From a virus (taxonomy: Duplodnaviria; Caudoviricetes), in the IMG/VR virus record IMGVR_UViG_3300014019_000011, positions 17,416 to 81,415 of that record: a DNA stretch of 64,000 nt; one strand, given 5' to 3'. The notes under the pieces were generated by a model, which saw only the letters and a list, made by a program, of their open reading frames with translations, searched no databases and was not told the origin of the DNA. A program made the translations under genes and the position numbers. Below are positions 19,172 through 28,737 of this stretch, one piece after another; positions within the stretch are counted from its first letter, which is position 1, and every line of letters begins with the position of its first letter.

Positions 19172-20076
19172 GCCGACATCCTCGCGTTCGAGGGCTCGCG
19201 CTGTACGACGAACGGACGGCAACGCAGGTTCATCTCGTCCTGAACCTCGCCCCAGAGATACGCGACATCGGTCCATGCGCTGAAGATCGACAGATCGGTT
19301 TTTCCCGCCGCCCGGTGCTTTTCCCATGACGCTTCGAGACGGCTGATCGCCGGCCACTGGATCGTCTCCGGAAGCGTGTCGATGTCGATGCCGCGATGCT
19401 CGCAGACCCGGATCATCTCGCGGGCAACGGCGGCGCAGTCAACGCCATCCCACAGGTCTTCGTTGATGACGTCGGCCAGGTGCCGGACGCGGAAGTCGTT
19501 CTCGGACTGGAGCGCGACGGCGAGCAACTTCTCGGCGGCGGCGGCTTCGAGAGGCTGCACGGCGATGGTGAGCGGTGGTAGCACGTCGATCAGAGACGGT
19601 ATTTCGGCGACCTCGATCGCGCGAGACAGCGCCTGCGGGCCGCGAGCGACGGTCATGTCGATGTTCGTGTTGGCGCGCACGCCGCCGACGGTGCCGCGGA
19701 TTATCCACCGCTGAACCGGTTCGCCGTATCCGACGTCTATTTCCTTCGGCATGCCGGAGAAGGTCAGAATGCGGATGCCCTCGCGCTCGAGGAGCGGGGC
19801 GATCCGACGGATGCCGTTCGCGAACTCGTGCGGCAGATAGTGACGTATGGTCACTATGTCGGCATCCTGCGTCTCGCGGACCCGCTGGTCGAACAGCTCG
19901 CCGCCCTTCAGCAGGATCGGCGCTGGCCCCATTCCTTCCGGCCAGTAGCGAAGCACGCCTTCGGCGAGGATACGGCCCGCCGCCATGTCGATATCGAGAT
20001 CGTGGTCTTTGACCACCTTCTTCAGCTTCGTGCCGACGCTCTCGAATACTCCTGAAACTCTTCCTATTCTTGCCAT
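19168..20076 (-). CDS. AbiEii/AbiGii-family nucleotidyltransferase (type IV toxin-like)
   Basis: LLKGG, ETQDADI, AAAEKLLA, RVRHLAD motifs typical of the family. Confidence 0.8.
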   Translation of the reverse strand: MARIGRVSGVFESVGTKLKKVVKDHDLDIDMAAGRILAEGVLRYWPEGMGPAPILLKGGELFDQRVRETQDADIVTIRHYLPHEFANGIRRIAPLLEREGIRILTFSGMPKEIDVGYGEPVQRWIIRGTVGGVRANTNIDMTVARGPQALSRAIEVAEIPSLIDVLPPLTIAVQPLEAAAAEKLLAVALQSENDFRVRHLADVINEDLWDGVDCAAVAREMIRVCEHRGIDIDTLPETIQWPAISRLEASWEKHRAAGKTDLSIFSAWTDVAYLWGEVQDEMNLRCRPFVVQREPSNARMSA

Positions 20077-20142
20077 GTCGATCCCCTCAGATGTTCTTGT
20101 TGGCTGAGGAGATCGTGGCAACCGGCGATGCAAGAGACAAAA

Positions 20143-20657
20143 GTAACGCCGTGATTTTCGGCCGTTCCGATTCCCAAAAAGGGAGTAATGGGGGGAAAAC
20201 GAGGTAACCGCCTTTCAGAAAACCGTCTAGGATGCCCGTAGGACACCGAAAACGACTTCGCCTATACCAAGGGTCATGGTTTTTTCGACGGTATGCCTGT
20301 GTATCGTCTGCGCTTGAAGAGCCGCTGTTGGAGAGCGGAATAGCACTTCTCCGCGTTCAGGCCCCGAACCTCCACCAGGTGAGCGAGGGCGGCCGCCAGT
20401 ATGCGGTCGAACACCTTCGTCTCCGCCTCCGACACAGGACGGCCGTTCTTCGCCGCCCGGACATTCCGCTTGGTCGCCGCCTGGATCGCCGCCGACAGCG
20501 CCTCGTCGACTATATGCGGCTGCATCGGTTTCCCCTCGGCCCGCCGGTTAGCCCTCGTGTTGTTCGACAGCTCCCGCCGCCGCGCCGTCGTCTTGTAAAA
20601 CCCCTGTGCCATCGGCCATCCCCTGTAACGCCGTGAATACACGATGTAACGCCGTGA
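20143..20657. repeat. three copies of 12-bp GTAACGCCGTGA (putative operator)
   Basis: 20143-20154, 20625-20636, 20646-20657. Confidence 0.8.
20274..20612 (-). CDS. small basic helical protein
   Basis: 112 aa from ATG 20612. Confidence 0.6.
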   Translation of the reverse strand: MAQGFYKTTARRRELSNNTRANRRAEGKPMQPHIVDEALSAAIQAATKRNVRAAKNGRPVSEAETKVFDRILAAALAHLVEVRGLNAEKCYSALQQRLFKRRRYTGIPSKKP

Positions 20658-20802
20658 CGATGCAAGTGACCAACGCCGACGGCGGAACCGGTCAGGTCAT
20701 GACGGCCAATAATGTAGACGATATGAGACGCAACGGAGGATAATGTCGCATCTGCAAGACATTGTGTAAGCCGTTGAAATCGGCTCGTTTAAGTAGACTC
20801 GC

Positions 20803-21165
20803 CTAGTTTCCCGCCGCTCTACTGAAAAACCTCGGCTTCAGTTTCCGGGCAAGACCCTCTGGTGCATCCTGATCGTGGCTGAAGACCTCGGCCAGAACCT
20901 GACGGATCGTGTCGGCTCCATCGCCATCGGTCGCAAGGATGTGGAGGGCTGCGTCGCAGAGCGCGTCCCGAACGTGCTGTCGGTTCACCGGTACGATGCC
21001 GCTCGCCAGATCGGCCTCCACCTTCGCCCGGGTCTTCGTCACGGCGGCACCGTGATACTTCAGCCGCCGCCCGGACGGTAGCTGACGGATCGGGGTCGGA
21101 CGGTGGGCTTCGTCGATCATTTCGGCGAGGAGCTGGATTTCGTAGTCTGCCATGTCGAGGTCCAA
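20803..21165 (-). CDS. hypothetical protein
   Basis: 120 aa, divergent from rep. Confidence 0.55.
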   Translation of the reverse strand: MDLDMADYEIQLLAEMIDEAHRPTPIRQLPSGRRLKYHGAAVTKTRAKVEADLASGIVPVNRQHVRDALCDAALHILATDGDGADTIRQVLAEVFSHDQDAPEGLARKLKPRFFSRAAGN

Positions 21166-21349
21166 CGGGAATGGTCAGATCATGATAGCCGGCGGCGACC
21201 GGCGCAAGGGAGGCACCACGGTTCGGCGCAGGGTCTCTACGGTCTCGGTTCTTGCTCGGCGGTTCTCCACGCTCGGAGCCAAACCCAAAACAAGCGAAGC
21301 GCCCCGATAAAACAAAAACAACCCAGTGCGACGCTGATGTTCTGCTCCT

Positions 21350-21392
21350 CGCGTACGCACGTACGCGCGCGCGTGCACACGCGCACACACAT
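21350..21392. other. 43-nt perfectly alternating purine-pyrimidine tract
   Basis: CGCGTACGCACGTACGCGCGCGCGTGCACACGCGCACACACAT. Confidence 0.85.
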
Positions 21393-21449
21393 TTAGAATT
21401 ACCTCCGAATCCGCGATTCTTTTTTGAGGAAAGGGCTTATGTCGAGCGG

Positions 21450-21720
21450 ATTTGTAAACAGTTTAAAAACCCATAAACCCCGGATTTCATTCCCGTCAAC
21501 AAACTTTGAAAACCCATAAACCCCGGATTTTCAGCTTAACACCCCATGTTTTGTATTCGGCGGTTATTATCTCTTAATATCCACCGTGCTTTCTGGTTGT
21601 GGAGATTTAAGAAACCCGCGTCATCTCTTGATTATTCATTAACACCCCTAGCTGTATTAGGTGTGTGGATGTTAATAATATCCTATTGCTTCAAGTATTA
21701 TGGATTTTAAACTTGCATGA
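21450..21720. promoter_or_regulatory. putative iteron replication origin
   Basis: 22-bp AAAACCCATAAACCCCGGATTT at 21466-21487 and 21509-21530, TTAACACCCC at 21536 and 21639, AT-rich tract, directly upstream of rep. Confidence 0.7.
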
Positions 21721-21769
21721 GGCTCCGCCGGCAGCAATTCTATTTGTAGAAACCAGATAGAGGGGCACC

Positions 21770-23368
21770 ATGCTTACGCAACCAAATCCATTCCGGCCAT
21801 CGACGAGAGGAGACCTTTCGGCAGCCCTCAAGAAGCGGAAATCGCTGTCGGTCATCGGACCGCAGTCACCGCGCCCGCCCGAGATGCTTTCGGGCATTTC
21901 CGTCGTCAGAGGCGCTGAACATCTGACCTCGTCTGATCTGGCCCTGCATGATCTCCTCATTTCGAGGGCATACGAGAGCGACCCGACCATGTCGGCGAGT
22001 TCCTACGAAATCCCGCTTGGTGAATGCCTGCGCTTCATGTGGTCCGATGCCCGGGAGGAGGATGTGACCGCGTCGATGCGGAGAATGGAGCAGGTCAGGC
22101 TTTCGTTCGATGGCGAGGAAGGCCGCACGTTCAAGGAGGTGCCGATGTTGACCTCGTGGGCGGCCGTCAGGGGCGAAGACGTCGACATGGGGTATCAGTT
22201 CCCCGATCCGATCCGCTACCTGCTGCGCAACATGCCGAGCTACGGATACATCGAACTGGCCGCCATTGGTCAGGGCCGCATGCGCTCCAAATATTCGCAG
22301 ATGCTCTACAAGCGCCTGGCGCACGAGGTCAGCCTTCGTCGGTGGCAATCCGGTGCAGATAACAGCTTCACGCTGGAATTCACGCCTGCTGAACTCGCCG
22401 ATCTCGTTGGCTTCTCCACGACCAACAAATCGCTGTTCTCGAAGCTTCAGGAAAGGGTGATCTCTCGATTCAACGCTGACTTCCTTGGCGTTCAGAAGTT
22501 CGATTTGAGGATTACCTACGACGGACGGCCGGAACCGGCGCGAGGTCAGGGTGTAAGCACCTCGCTGATACAGCTTCACGTCAAGGTGCATCCCGACACC
22601 CATCATTCGGTTCACTGCGACGACAGGCGGCTGAAGCCCAGCGCTGATCGTATCGGCAGGCCGGATATTGCCCGATACCGCTTGAACTCCGTGTTCTGGC
22701 TACAGGTCGCGAAGAAGTTCAAGCTTCTGCATCTGACGCACGAATCAGCATACTGGGCATGGAGCGTGGCTCTCAACGAGGCCATTGAGGGCGCGCCTTT
22801 GACTTCCGGTTACCAACGCCGATACCGCGGGGAAAACCTTCTTGGGGCCATCGACGCGAACGGTGTCGAGGCCGCCGCCTGGCGCTTCTTCGGCGAGGAA
22901 CACGATCTAGGGGCGGACCTCTGCAACTCCACGCACGTTATGAAGCATCTCGGGGCAGCCGACAGAAACCGCCTGAAGAGGCTGTCCGCCAAGACGAAGG
23001 GAAAGGCCAAAGCAAAGCCTTCCGCCACCGTCATGTCTCCGGACGTGGTCGACCCGGTCGAACCGGTGATTGTTTCGGCGCGCCCGACATTCGAAACATG
23101 CACACACGTTGACATCGAGATCGACCACGCCGTCAGCGCTGCCGATCTCGACGACTATGTCCACGCTACCATCAGTCGGGAGACCTGGAACGGAAACCGA
23201 AAGGTCCGGCTCCGCGCATACTACCGGGTGCCCGGAACGACGGTCAGACAGCACTTCGGCTTCTGGATCAGTCCCGCCGACGAGAGTGAACTGCTCTCTG
23301 CCCTCAGGAGGCTCGACAAATGGATGACGGACACCCCCACCTACAGAATTGAAGACAAGGACGCGTGA
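21770..23368 (+). CDS. plasmid-type replication initiator (Rep_3-like, tandem winged helix) with C-terminal extension
   Basis: LHDLLISRAY, YQFPDPIR, MRSKYSQMLYKRL, ELADLVG, LQERVI motifs. Confidence 0.75.
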   Translation: MLTQPNPFRPSTRGDLSAALKKRKSLSVIGPQSPRPPEMLSGISVVRGAEHLTSSDLALHDLLISRAYESDPTMSASSYEIPLGECLRFMWSDAREEDVTASMRRMEQVRLSFDGEEGRTFKEVPMLTSWAAVRGEDVDMGYQFPDPIRYLLRNMPSYGYIELAAIGQGRMRSKYSQMLYKRLAHEVSLRRWQSGADNSFTLEFTPAELADLVGFSTTNKSLFSKLQERVISRFNADFLGVQKFDLRITYDGRPEPARGQGVSTSLIQLHVKVHPDTHHSVHCDDRRLKPSADRIGRPDIARYRLNSVFWLQVAKKFKLLHLTHESAYWAWSVALNEAIEGAPLTSGYQRRYRGENLLGAIDANGVEAAAWRFFGEEHDLGADLCNSTHVMKHLGAADRNRLKRLSAKTKGKAKAKPSATVMSPDVVDPVEPVIVSARPTFETCTHVDIEIDHAVSAADLDDYVHATISRETWNGNRKVRLRAYYRVPGTTVRQHFGFWISPADESELLSALRRLDKWMTDTPTYRIEDKDA

Positions 23369-23369
23369 C

Positions 23370-24392
23370 ATGACGACGAGACTCCCAGCCGACCATTACC
23401 GCAGCCTGCACGAGAAGTCGCACGCCGCCATCCTCGTGACCGTAGAACAATCGCTATCGCGCGAGGACGGCCTCGCCGTCGTGGAGGCCGTCGAAGCCTA
23501 TCTCGAGGCCACCGGCGATGTAGATGACATGCGTCCGCTCTGGATCAAATTCGAAGACTTCGAAACGGTTCGTGCGCATTCCCTGATGCCCTTTTTCTCG
23601 CCTGCCGACAGGACGTTTCTAGGAGAGCTGATCAAGGCCATTCCTGCCGCCGACAAGTTCAATCTGGTAACAGAGTTCGATTTCGAGGCGCGTCAGTACC
23701 CCAAGCGCAAGGCAGCCGTTCCGGAGGTCGCCAAGATGCCGACAAGGAGGTCTGCATCCACAGGTGAGGAATACCTGAACGAATGGCCGCTGAAGCTGCG
23801 TTTTCTCGCTACCGAAGAGGCCAGGCGCGAGGCGCACAAGCTCGGAAGCATCTACGAGCGCTGGCCTTTTGTAAACTTCACCGCCGCCGACCTGAAGGAG
23901 ACTTCCGACCGACGGGTGCGGGATTTCGAGGAGCTATATCCCTTGCTCGCGCGGGCGGACCGCCTGATGTCCAACAAGATTACCCGGGTGATTTCGGCCC
24001 TCGGCAGGCATCCGCATGCACCTGTGTGGGAGCGCAAGCGGTTCTGGGGGACCGTAAAACTCGGAGGGGTCATGCAATGGGAGACCTTTGCGGACGATCT
24101 CCTCGCCGAAATCGAGGCAGGACGGACTGACCGGTTCCGCCTGCTTGATCGCCATGAAGAAGAACCGGAGACCGCTGCGGAGAAGATCATCCTGCGTGAT
24201 GTCGCCAGAACCGGTGGCAAGGCTAACCGCGCCCGCCCGCTTTGTCCGCCGTCGGTGCCAGATCAACTTTGGAACCGTGTTCCCGATGACCGGAAGCAGG
24301 AGGCCATCGAATACGCGGCCCGAAAGCTGATCCGCGGCATTCACCCGGAAGACGCTTTCGAGGAATTCGTGTCTTCGATCGCACTCCGTTAA
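23370..24392 (+). CDS. hypothetical protein
   Basis: 340 aa directly after rep. Confidence 0.7.
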   Translation: MTTRLPADHYRSLHEKSHAAILVTVEQSLSREDGLAVVEAVEAYLEATGDVDDMRPLWIKFEDFETVRAHSLMPFFSPADRTFLGELIKAIPAADKFNLVTEFDFEARQYPKRKAAVPEVAKMPTRRSASTGEEYLNEWPLKLRFLATEEARREAHKLGSIYERWPFVNFTAADLKETSDRRVRDFEELYPLLARADRLMSNKITRVISALGRHPHAPVWERKRFWGTVKLGGVMQWETFADDLLAEIEAGRTDRFRLLDRHEEEPETAAEKIILRDVARTGGKANRARPLCPPSVPDQLWNRVPDDRKQEAIEYAARKLIRGIHPEDAFEEFVSSIALR

Positions 24393-24566
24393 CCGGAACA
24401 ACGAAATCCCGCTTGCCGCGTTGACGTCTTCGATCTTACGCGGCATGGTTGCGCCGAAACGGAGATACGCCGAGATGACGAAGACCCTGCGAATAGCCGC
24501 CTGAACACGAGGATCGCCACCAACCGGTTGGCGAGAAGTTCAGTGCCGTTTGCAGGAGTAGCCGTC

Positions 24567-26561
24567 ATGGCCAGCAAGTCCAAGCTCAAGTTCGAGCGCG
24601 AAATCACCCGTCTTCACGTCGAGAAGTTTTTCGAAGGCCTCGGTCCCGAACCGAAGGGCGTTCACCTCGTCATCATCCCGAACAACGGATCGCTGACTCA
24701 CTGGTATCGCGTCGCCGAGGAATATGTCCGCGATGTCAAGAATAGCCTCGGCGACGGCATGAAGACGGGGTCGAAGGGGACTGTAGAGGACCTGATTGTC
24801 GAAGACGCCGAATTTCGCTTCACCGCCGACAACGGTCCTTCGTCCTTTGCTGTCGATGTCCAGCTCCTTGGCGCGAGCGGCATTGACGACCGCTACGAAC
24901 TCGACACCTGTAGCGTTCTGCTCTCCGGAGAAGGGAACGAAAACCTCGAACATCCCTCGCTGGTGCTCGTCGACAGCCGCACGGTAGTAGAACTGGACCT
25001 CAATCTGATCGTTCAGGCTGCGGCTACCTGCGGCCGCCCCATTACCCGCGTTGAGGCGTGGCGACTGTCGCGCATGCCGCACCGTCGGCGCAACGTCGCA
25101 TTCCATTCTCCGCGCCCGATCAGCAAGAGCCACGCACTCCAGGCTAAAGCCGCGACGCTCGAACGCGAGAAGCAGGAAGCCGAGCGTCTGGAGCGTGAAA
25201 AGGCCGAGACCACGAAGCGCCGTCCGGCTGACGTGCGCACGGTTCCGCATGACGTGCCGTATCTCGAAGACATGCATGGCTATGGCCCCGCTGCCGAATG
25301 GGGGCATGAACTCGCCGCGGACATGGAGGACTGGCGCCGCGGCAACATTCGCTGGAACGATGTCGACAACGGTGTCCTTCTGAGCGGCCCTCCGGGTTGC
25401 GGCAAGACGACCTTCGCGAAGTCGCTCGCTCGCTCGCTTGACGCGCATTTCGTCGCTGGCAGCTACAGCTCATGGCTCGGGACCGGCGACGGCCATCAGG
25501 GCAATCTTCTGCTGGCAATGCGGGCGGCGTTCGCGGAGGCCATGAAGCATGCGCCGAGCGTCCTTTTGATCGATGAAATCGACAACTTCGTTGCCCGTGG
25601 CTCAATCGGCAACGGACGCTCGGATGAGTGGAACCGCGGCGTGGTCAATGGCCTCTTGGAGTGCCTGGACGGCGCTGTCGAGCGCGAGGGCGTGGTCGTC
25701 GTAGGCGCGACCAATGATCCGTCGGGCATCGACACGGCGCTCCGCCGTCCGGGTCGCCTCGACCGCCACATCGAAATCCCGCTTCCCGATGCCAAGGCGC
25801 GTTCCGCGATCCTGCGTCAGCACCTCGACGCTAACATTGACGTGACTTGCCTCGACCGTGAGACGGAAGGCATGTCGGGTGCAGACCTCGAACGTGTGGC
25901 TCGCGACGCACGCCGCCGCGCACGCCGTGAGCGTGTCGATGTCGGTATCCACCATGTCCGCGCTTCGCTTCCGGTTCGCCAGAGCCGAACGCCCGCATAT
26001 CGCCGTCATATCGCCGTCCACGAAATCGGCCACGCGGTCGTCGCTGTCGCAACCGGCAGCCGTGTGCGCGAGGTTTTTGTGGAACCCGACTTCGTCGCGG
26101 ACCAGCCGAGCCACATCGCTGGCGCGGCGGTGGTCAGCATGCGCGAGGGTATCCAGGACTACCAGTGGCATATGGACCGCGTCGCGCACTGCCTCGGCGG
26201 TCTGGCCGCGGAGAAAATGATCTATGGCAGCCACAGCGACAGCGTCTCCGTCGATCTGGTCAATGCGACGAATGCCGCGCGCAACGCCCTTGCGAGCTAC
26301 GGCATGGGCGGCTCGCTGTACTCCCACGGTGTCGCGGGTATGACTGACCTCGCTCGTGCGCAGGATTTCGATCCGGGTCTGCGTCAAAGCATCGACGGCA
26401 TCCTGCACGATCAGGCAGCGCGTGCGCGCGCCATTCTCGAGGAACACCGCGAGGCGGTTGCGGAACTCGTCGAGATGCTCCTGCAGCATCACCGCCTGGA
26501 CGGTGCGGTCGTGCATGAAGTCGTCGCACGCCCGCGCCGTCAGTTGGCCCTTGCGATCTAA
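24567..26561 (+). CDS. FtsH-like AAA+ ATPase / M41 zinc protease lacking TM anchors
   Basis: Walker A GPPGCGKT, Walker B LLIDEID, SRH ATNDPSGIDTALRRPGRLDR, HEIGH zincin motif, third-ligand Asp in SVDLVNAT; AGGAG RBS. Confidence 0.9.
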   Translation: MASKSKLKFEREITRLHVEKFFEGLGPEPKGVHLVIIPNNGSLTHWYRVAEEYVRDVKNSLGDGMKTGSKGTVEDLIVEDAEFRFTADNGPSSFAVDVQLLGASGIDDRYELDTCSVLLSGEGNENLEHPSLVLVDSRTVVELDLNLIVQAAATCGRPITRVEAWRLSRMPHRRRNVAFHSPRPISKSHALQAKAATLEREKQEAERLEREKAETTKRRPADVRTVPHDVPYLEDMHGYGPAAEWGHELAADMEDWRRGNIRWNDVDNGVLLSGPPGCGKTTFAKSLARSLDAHFVAGSYSSWLGTGDGHQGNLLLAMRAAFAEAMKHAPSVLLIDEIDNFVARGSIGNGRSDEWNRGVVNGLLECLDGAVEREGVVVVGATNDPSGIDTALRRPGRLDRHIEIPLPDAKARSAILRQHLDANIDVTCLDRETEGMSGADLERVARDARRRARRERVDVGIHHVRASLPVRQSRTPAYRRHIAVHEIGHAVVAVATGSRVREVFVEPDFVADQPSHIAGAAVVSMREGIQDYQWHMDRVAHCLGGLAAEKMIYGSHSDSVSVDLVNATNAARNALASYGMGGSLYSHGVAGMTDLARAQDFDPGLRQSIDGILHDQAARARAILEEHREAVAELVEMLLQHHRLDGAVVHEVVARPRRQLALAI

Positions 26562-26572
26562 GGGAGGGTCAG

Positions 26573-27109
26573 ATGTTCGTGAAAAAGTTCTACGTCAGCG
26601 ACACCCACTTCGGCCACGCTCTCATGCTGACGTCGGGAGACCGGCCGTTCCGCTCAACGGACGAGATGGACGAAGCAATGATCCACCGCTGGAACACCGC
26701 TGTCGGCGATAATGACATTGTGTATCACCTCGGTGACTTCTCCATGGCTCTCGGCATCGAGGATCGCGTTCGCGGGATTTTCCACCGGTTGCGCGGGCGC
26801 AAGTACCTGATCCTCGGAAACCACGACTACCGCAAGCCGAATGTCGTCCACCCGACGCTGGCGGGGCTGGAATGGGCCGCGCCGCCGACCCCGGCGCTGG
26901 AAACGACCGACGAGGGCCATCGCGTCTTTCTGAGCCACTACGCTCATCGTGTATGGCCGGGATCGCATAAAGGTTCGTTCCACTTTTTCGGTCATTCTCA
27001 CGGTGCGCTACCACCTCTAGGTCGCAGTCGCGATGTGGGCGTGGATTGCCGTGACGTGGCCTTCAATCCGAAGACATTCGCGGAGCTGACGAAAGGGATG
27101 AGGAAATGA
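26573..27109 (+). CDS. calcineurin-like metallophosphoesterase
   Basis: SDTHFGH, HLGDF, GNHD, SHY, GHSH motifs. Confidence 0.9.
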   Translation: MFVKKFYVSDTHFGHALMLTSGDRPFRSTDEMDEAMIHRWNTAVGDNDIVYHLGDFSMALGIEDRVRGIFHRLRGRKYLILGNHDYRKPNVVHPTLAGLEWAAPPTPALETTDEGHRVFLSHYAHRVWPGSHKGSFHFFGHSHGALPPLGRSRDVGVDCRDVAFNPKTFAELTKGMRK

Positions 27110-27393
27110 CCGGCGAAGAACTGAACAACATCTACGGCAATATCATCATGCCGGATGCGACGGTCGCGGTGCCTGCTCAGTGGATGCCTGCCGTCCACGA
27201 GGCCTTGCAGGCGCTGCATGACCTTCCGGGCAGCGTGCGTGCATTCCTCATCGTCACGGGTTTCGGCGAAGAGAACGGCCATCTGGTCGTCGAGATGGTC
27301 GCGTCGACGCAATACATTTCCGCCGACGGCATGGCCGCGATCGCATCGATCGTGGAGAGGGCGCAGGCCGCCGTCCTCGCGCGGAGGCACTGA
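27106..27393 (+). CDS. hypothetical protein, apparent paralog of the N-terminus of the next gene
   Basis: W...V...L..L...V..F.E.NGHL vs W.....I..L...V..VGEKWGML. Confidence 0.6.
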   Translation: MTGEELNNIYGNIIMPDATVAVPAQWMPAVHEALQALHDLPGSVRAFLIVTGFGEENGHLVVEMVASTQYISADGMAAIASIVERAQAAVLARRH

Positions 27394-28004
27394 TGCGCTT
27401 GGAATACGATCTCGAAATCCGAGACCTGTCGTGCGGCATTGTTCGCGATGGCCTCGGGATGGATATCGGCGACGGTTGGCGTGAGATTGCGGTTGATGCC
27501 ATCGGTCGCCTGGCGGAGGTGTCGCACGGTCGCCTCCGGGTGGACAGGGTCGGCGAGAAGTGGGGTATGCTCAACATCCGACCTCTTGCTCGGGGTCTCG
27601 GCGACGATACGATCCGCGCGATCTTTGAGATCACGTCGACGGCCAGATCGCGGTCGTCCGATGTCTGCGAACTCTGCGGCCGTTTCGGCGAAATCCGCCG
27701 TGCCGGTTGGCACCGGGTTCGTTGCGACGATTGCGAGAACGAGCATGTTCGCCGTCGGCAGTTTGAGAGCGGAAATCACAAGGATATCGACGAGGCGGTC
27801 GGGTACTACGTCCGCGTATGCTTGGAACACGGACGATTGTTTCCGGTCGCCAACATCGTCATGCAGGCGTGGCCCGATGACACCGACCGACGGTTCTTCC
27901 TCGACGAGGTCAACGATGTCGTCGGCTGGTGGCGTGCTGGCATGCAGCACCGCCATCTCGACGAAAACCTTCGCGAGGAGTTCCGAAGCCTCCGCTTTCG
28001 ATAG
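27393..28004 (+). CDS. phage protein with C4 zinc finger
   Basis: GEKWGML...CELCG...GWHRVRCDDC. Confidence 0.7.
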   Translation: MRLEYDLEIRDLSCGIVRDGLGMDIGDGWREIAVDAIGRLAEVSHGRLRVDRVGEKWGMLNIRPLARGLGDDTIRAIFEITSTARSRSSDVCELCGRFGEIRRAGWHRVRCDDCENEHVRRRQFESGNHKDIDEAVGYYVRVCLEHGRLFPVANIVMQAWPDDTDRRFFLDEVNDVVGWWRAGMQHRHLDENLREEFRSLRFR

Positions 28005-28124
28005 CGGTCGTTACTGAATCTAAGAAATAGGAACAACCGACAGAAATCTCGCCGGCGAATTAGCGCCGGCGGAAAACCGAACACATCATCGTTGTCAGAA
28101 CCATAACAAAAGGGGGATGGCACG

Positions 28125-28670
28125 ATGGGAACGACAGCAACAAAGAGATGGACCGCCGACGAGGACATGACGATCCTGTCGATGTGGGAGGAAGGGGCCA
28201 ACATCCTCGACATCGCCCGCTCGGTCGGCAAGAGCTATGGTGCCGTACAGACGCGCATCCACCGCAAGGGCTGCGGCAAGCAGGTCGGTTCCAACACGAT
28301 CAAGCGCCAGCGCTGGACGGTCGAGGAGAACGACCAGATCGTCGCCATGCGCCGTCTGGGCAAGCCGTATCATGAGATCGCCAGCGCGCTAGGCCGGACG
28401 GAGGTCGCGCTCATGTCGCAGGCGATGCGCCTCGGCATCACGACCGATCCGAAGACGGCTCTGCCGACCAAGACCCTGCCCAGGGACTCCAAGCCTTCCA
28501 AGGGCAATATCTCGCGATACGACCGCCAGGGGCGTGAGAACTCACGGCAGGCGGGCCAGAAGGCGATCAGACCATGCATCACGTGCAAGGAGCCCTTCAT
28601 GTCGGAATGGATCGGCAACCGCATGTGCCAGCCTTGCAAGAACCGGACGGAGGAATACGGGGACGGTTGA
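28125..28670 (+). CDS. tandem Myb/HTH-like DNA-binding protein with C-terminal zinc finger
   Basis: Two WT.EE...I...G....IA..LG.. repeats plus CITC...CQPC. Confidence 0.75.
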   Translation: MGTTATKRWTADEDMTILSMWEEGANILDIARSVGKSYGAVQTRIHRKGCGKQVGSNTIKRQRWTVEENDQIVAMRRLGKPYHEIASALGRTEVALMSQAMRLGITTDPKTALPTKTLPRDSKPSKGNISRYDRQGRENSRQAGQKAIRPCITCKEPFMSEWIGNRMCQPCKNRTEEYGDG

Positions 28671-28737
28671 AGCCGAATCCAGACCTCGAAATCGGGGTCT
28701 TGAATTCCCTGTGGATGGGCAGCAAACTTGAAACTAG

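Noticed and set aside
21530-21690. CtrA boxes or DnaA boxes in the left origin
   Set aside because: TTAA half sites lack the N7-TTAA partner and DnaA-like matches have two or more mismatches
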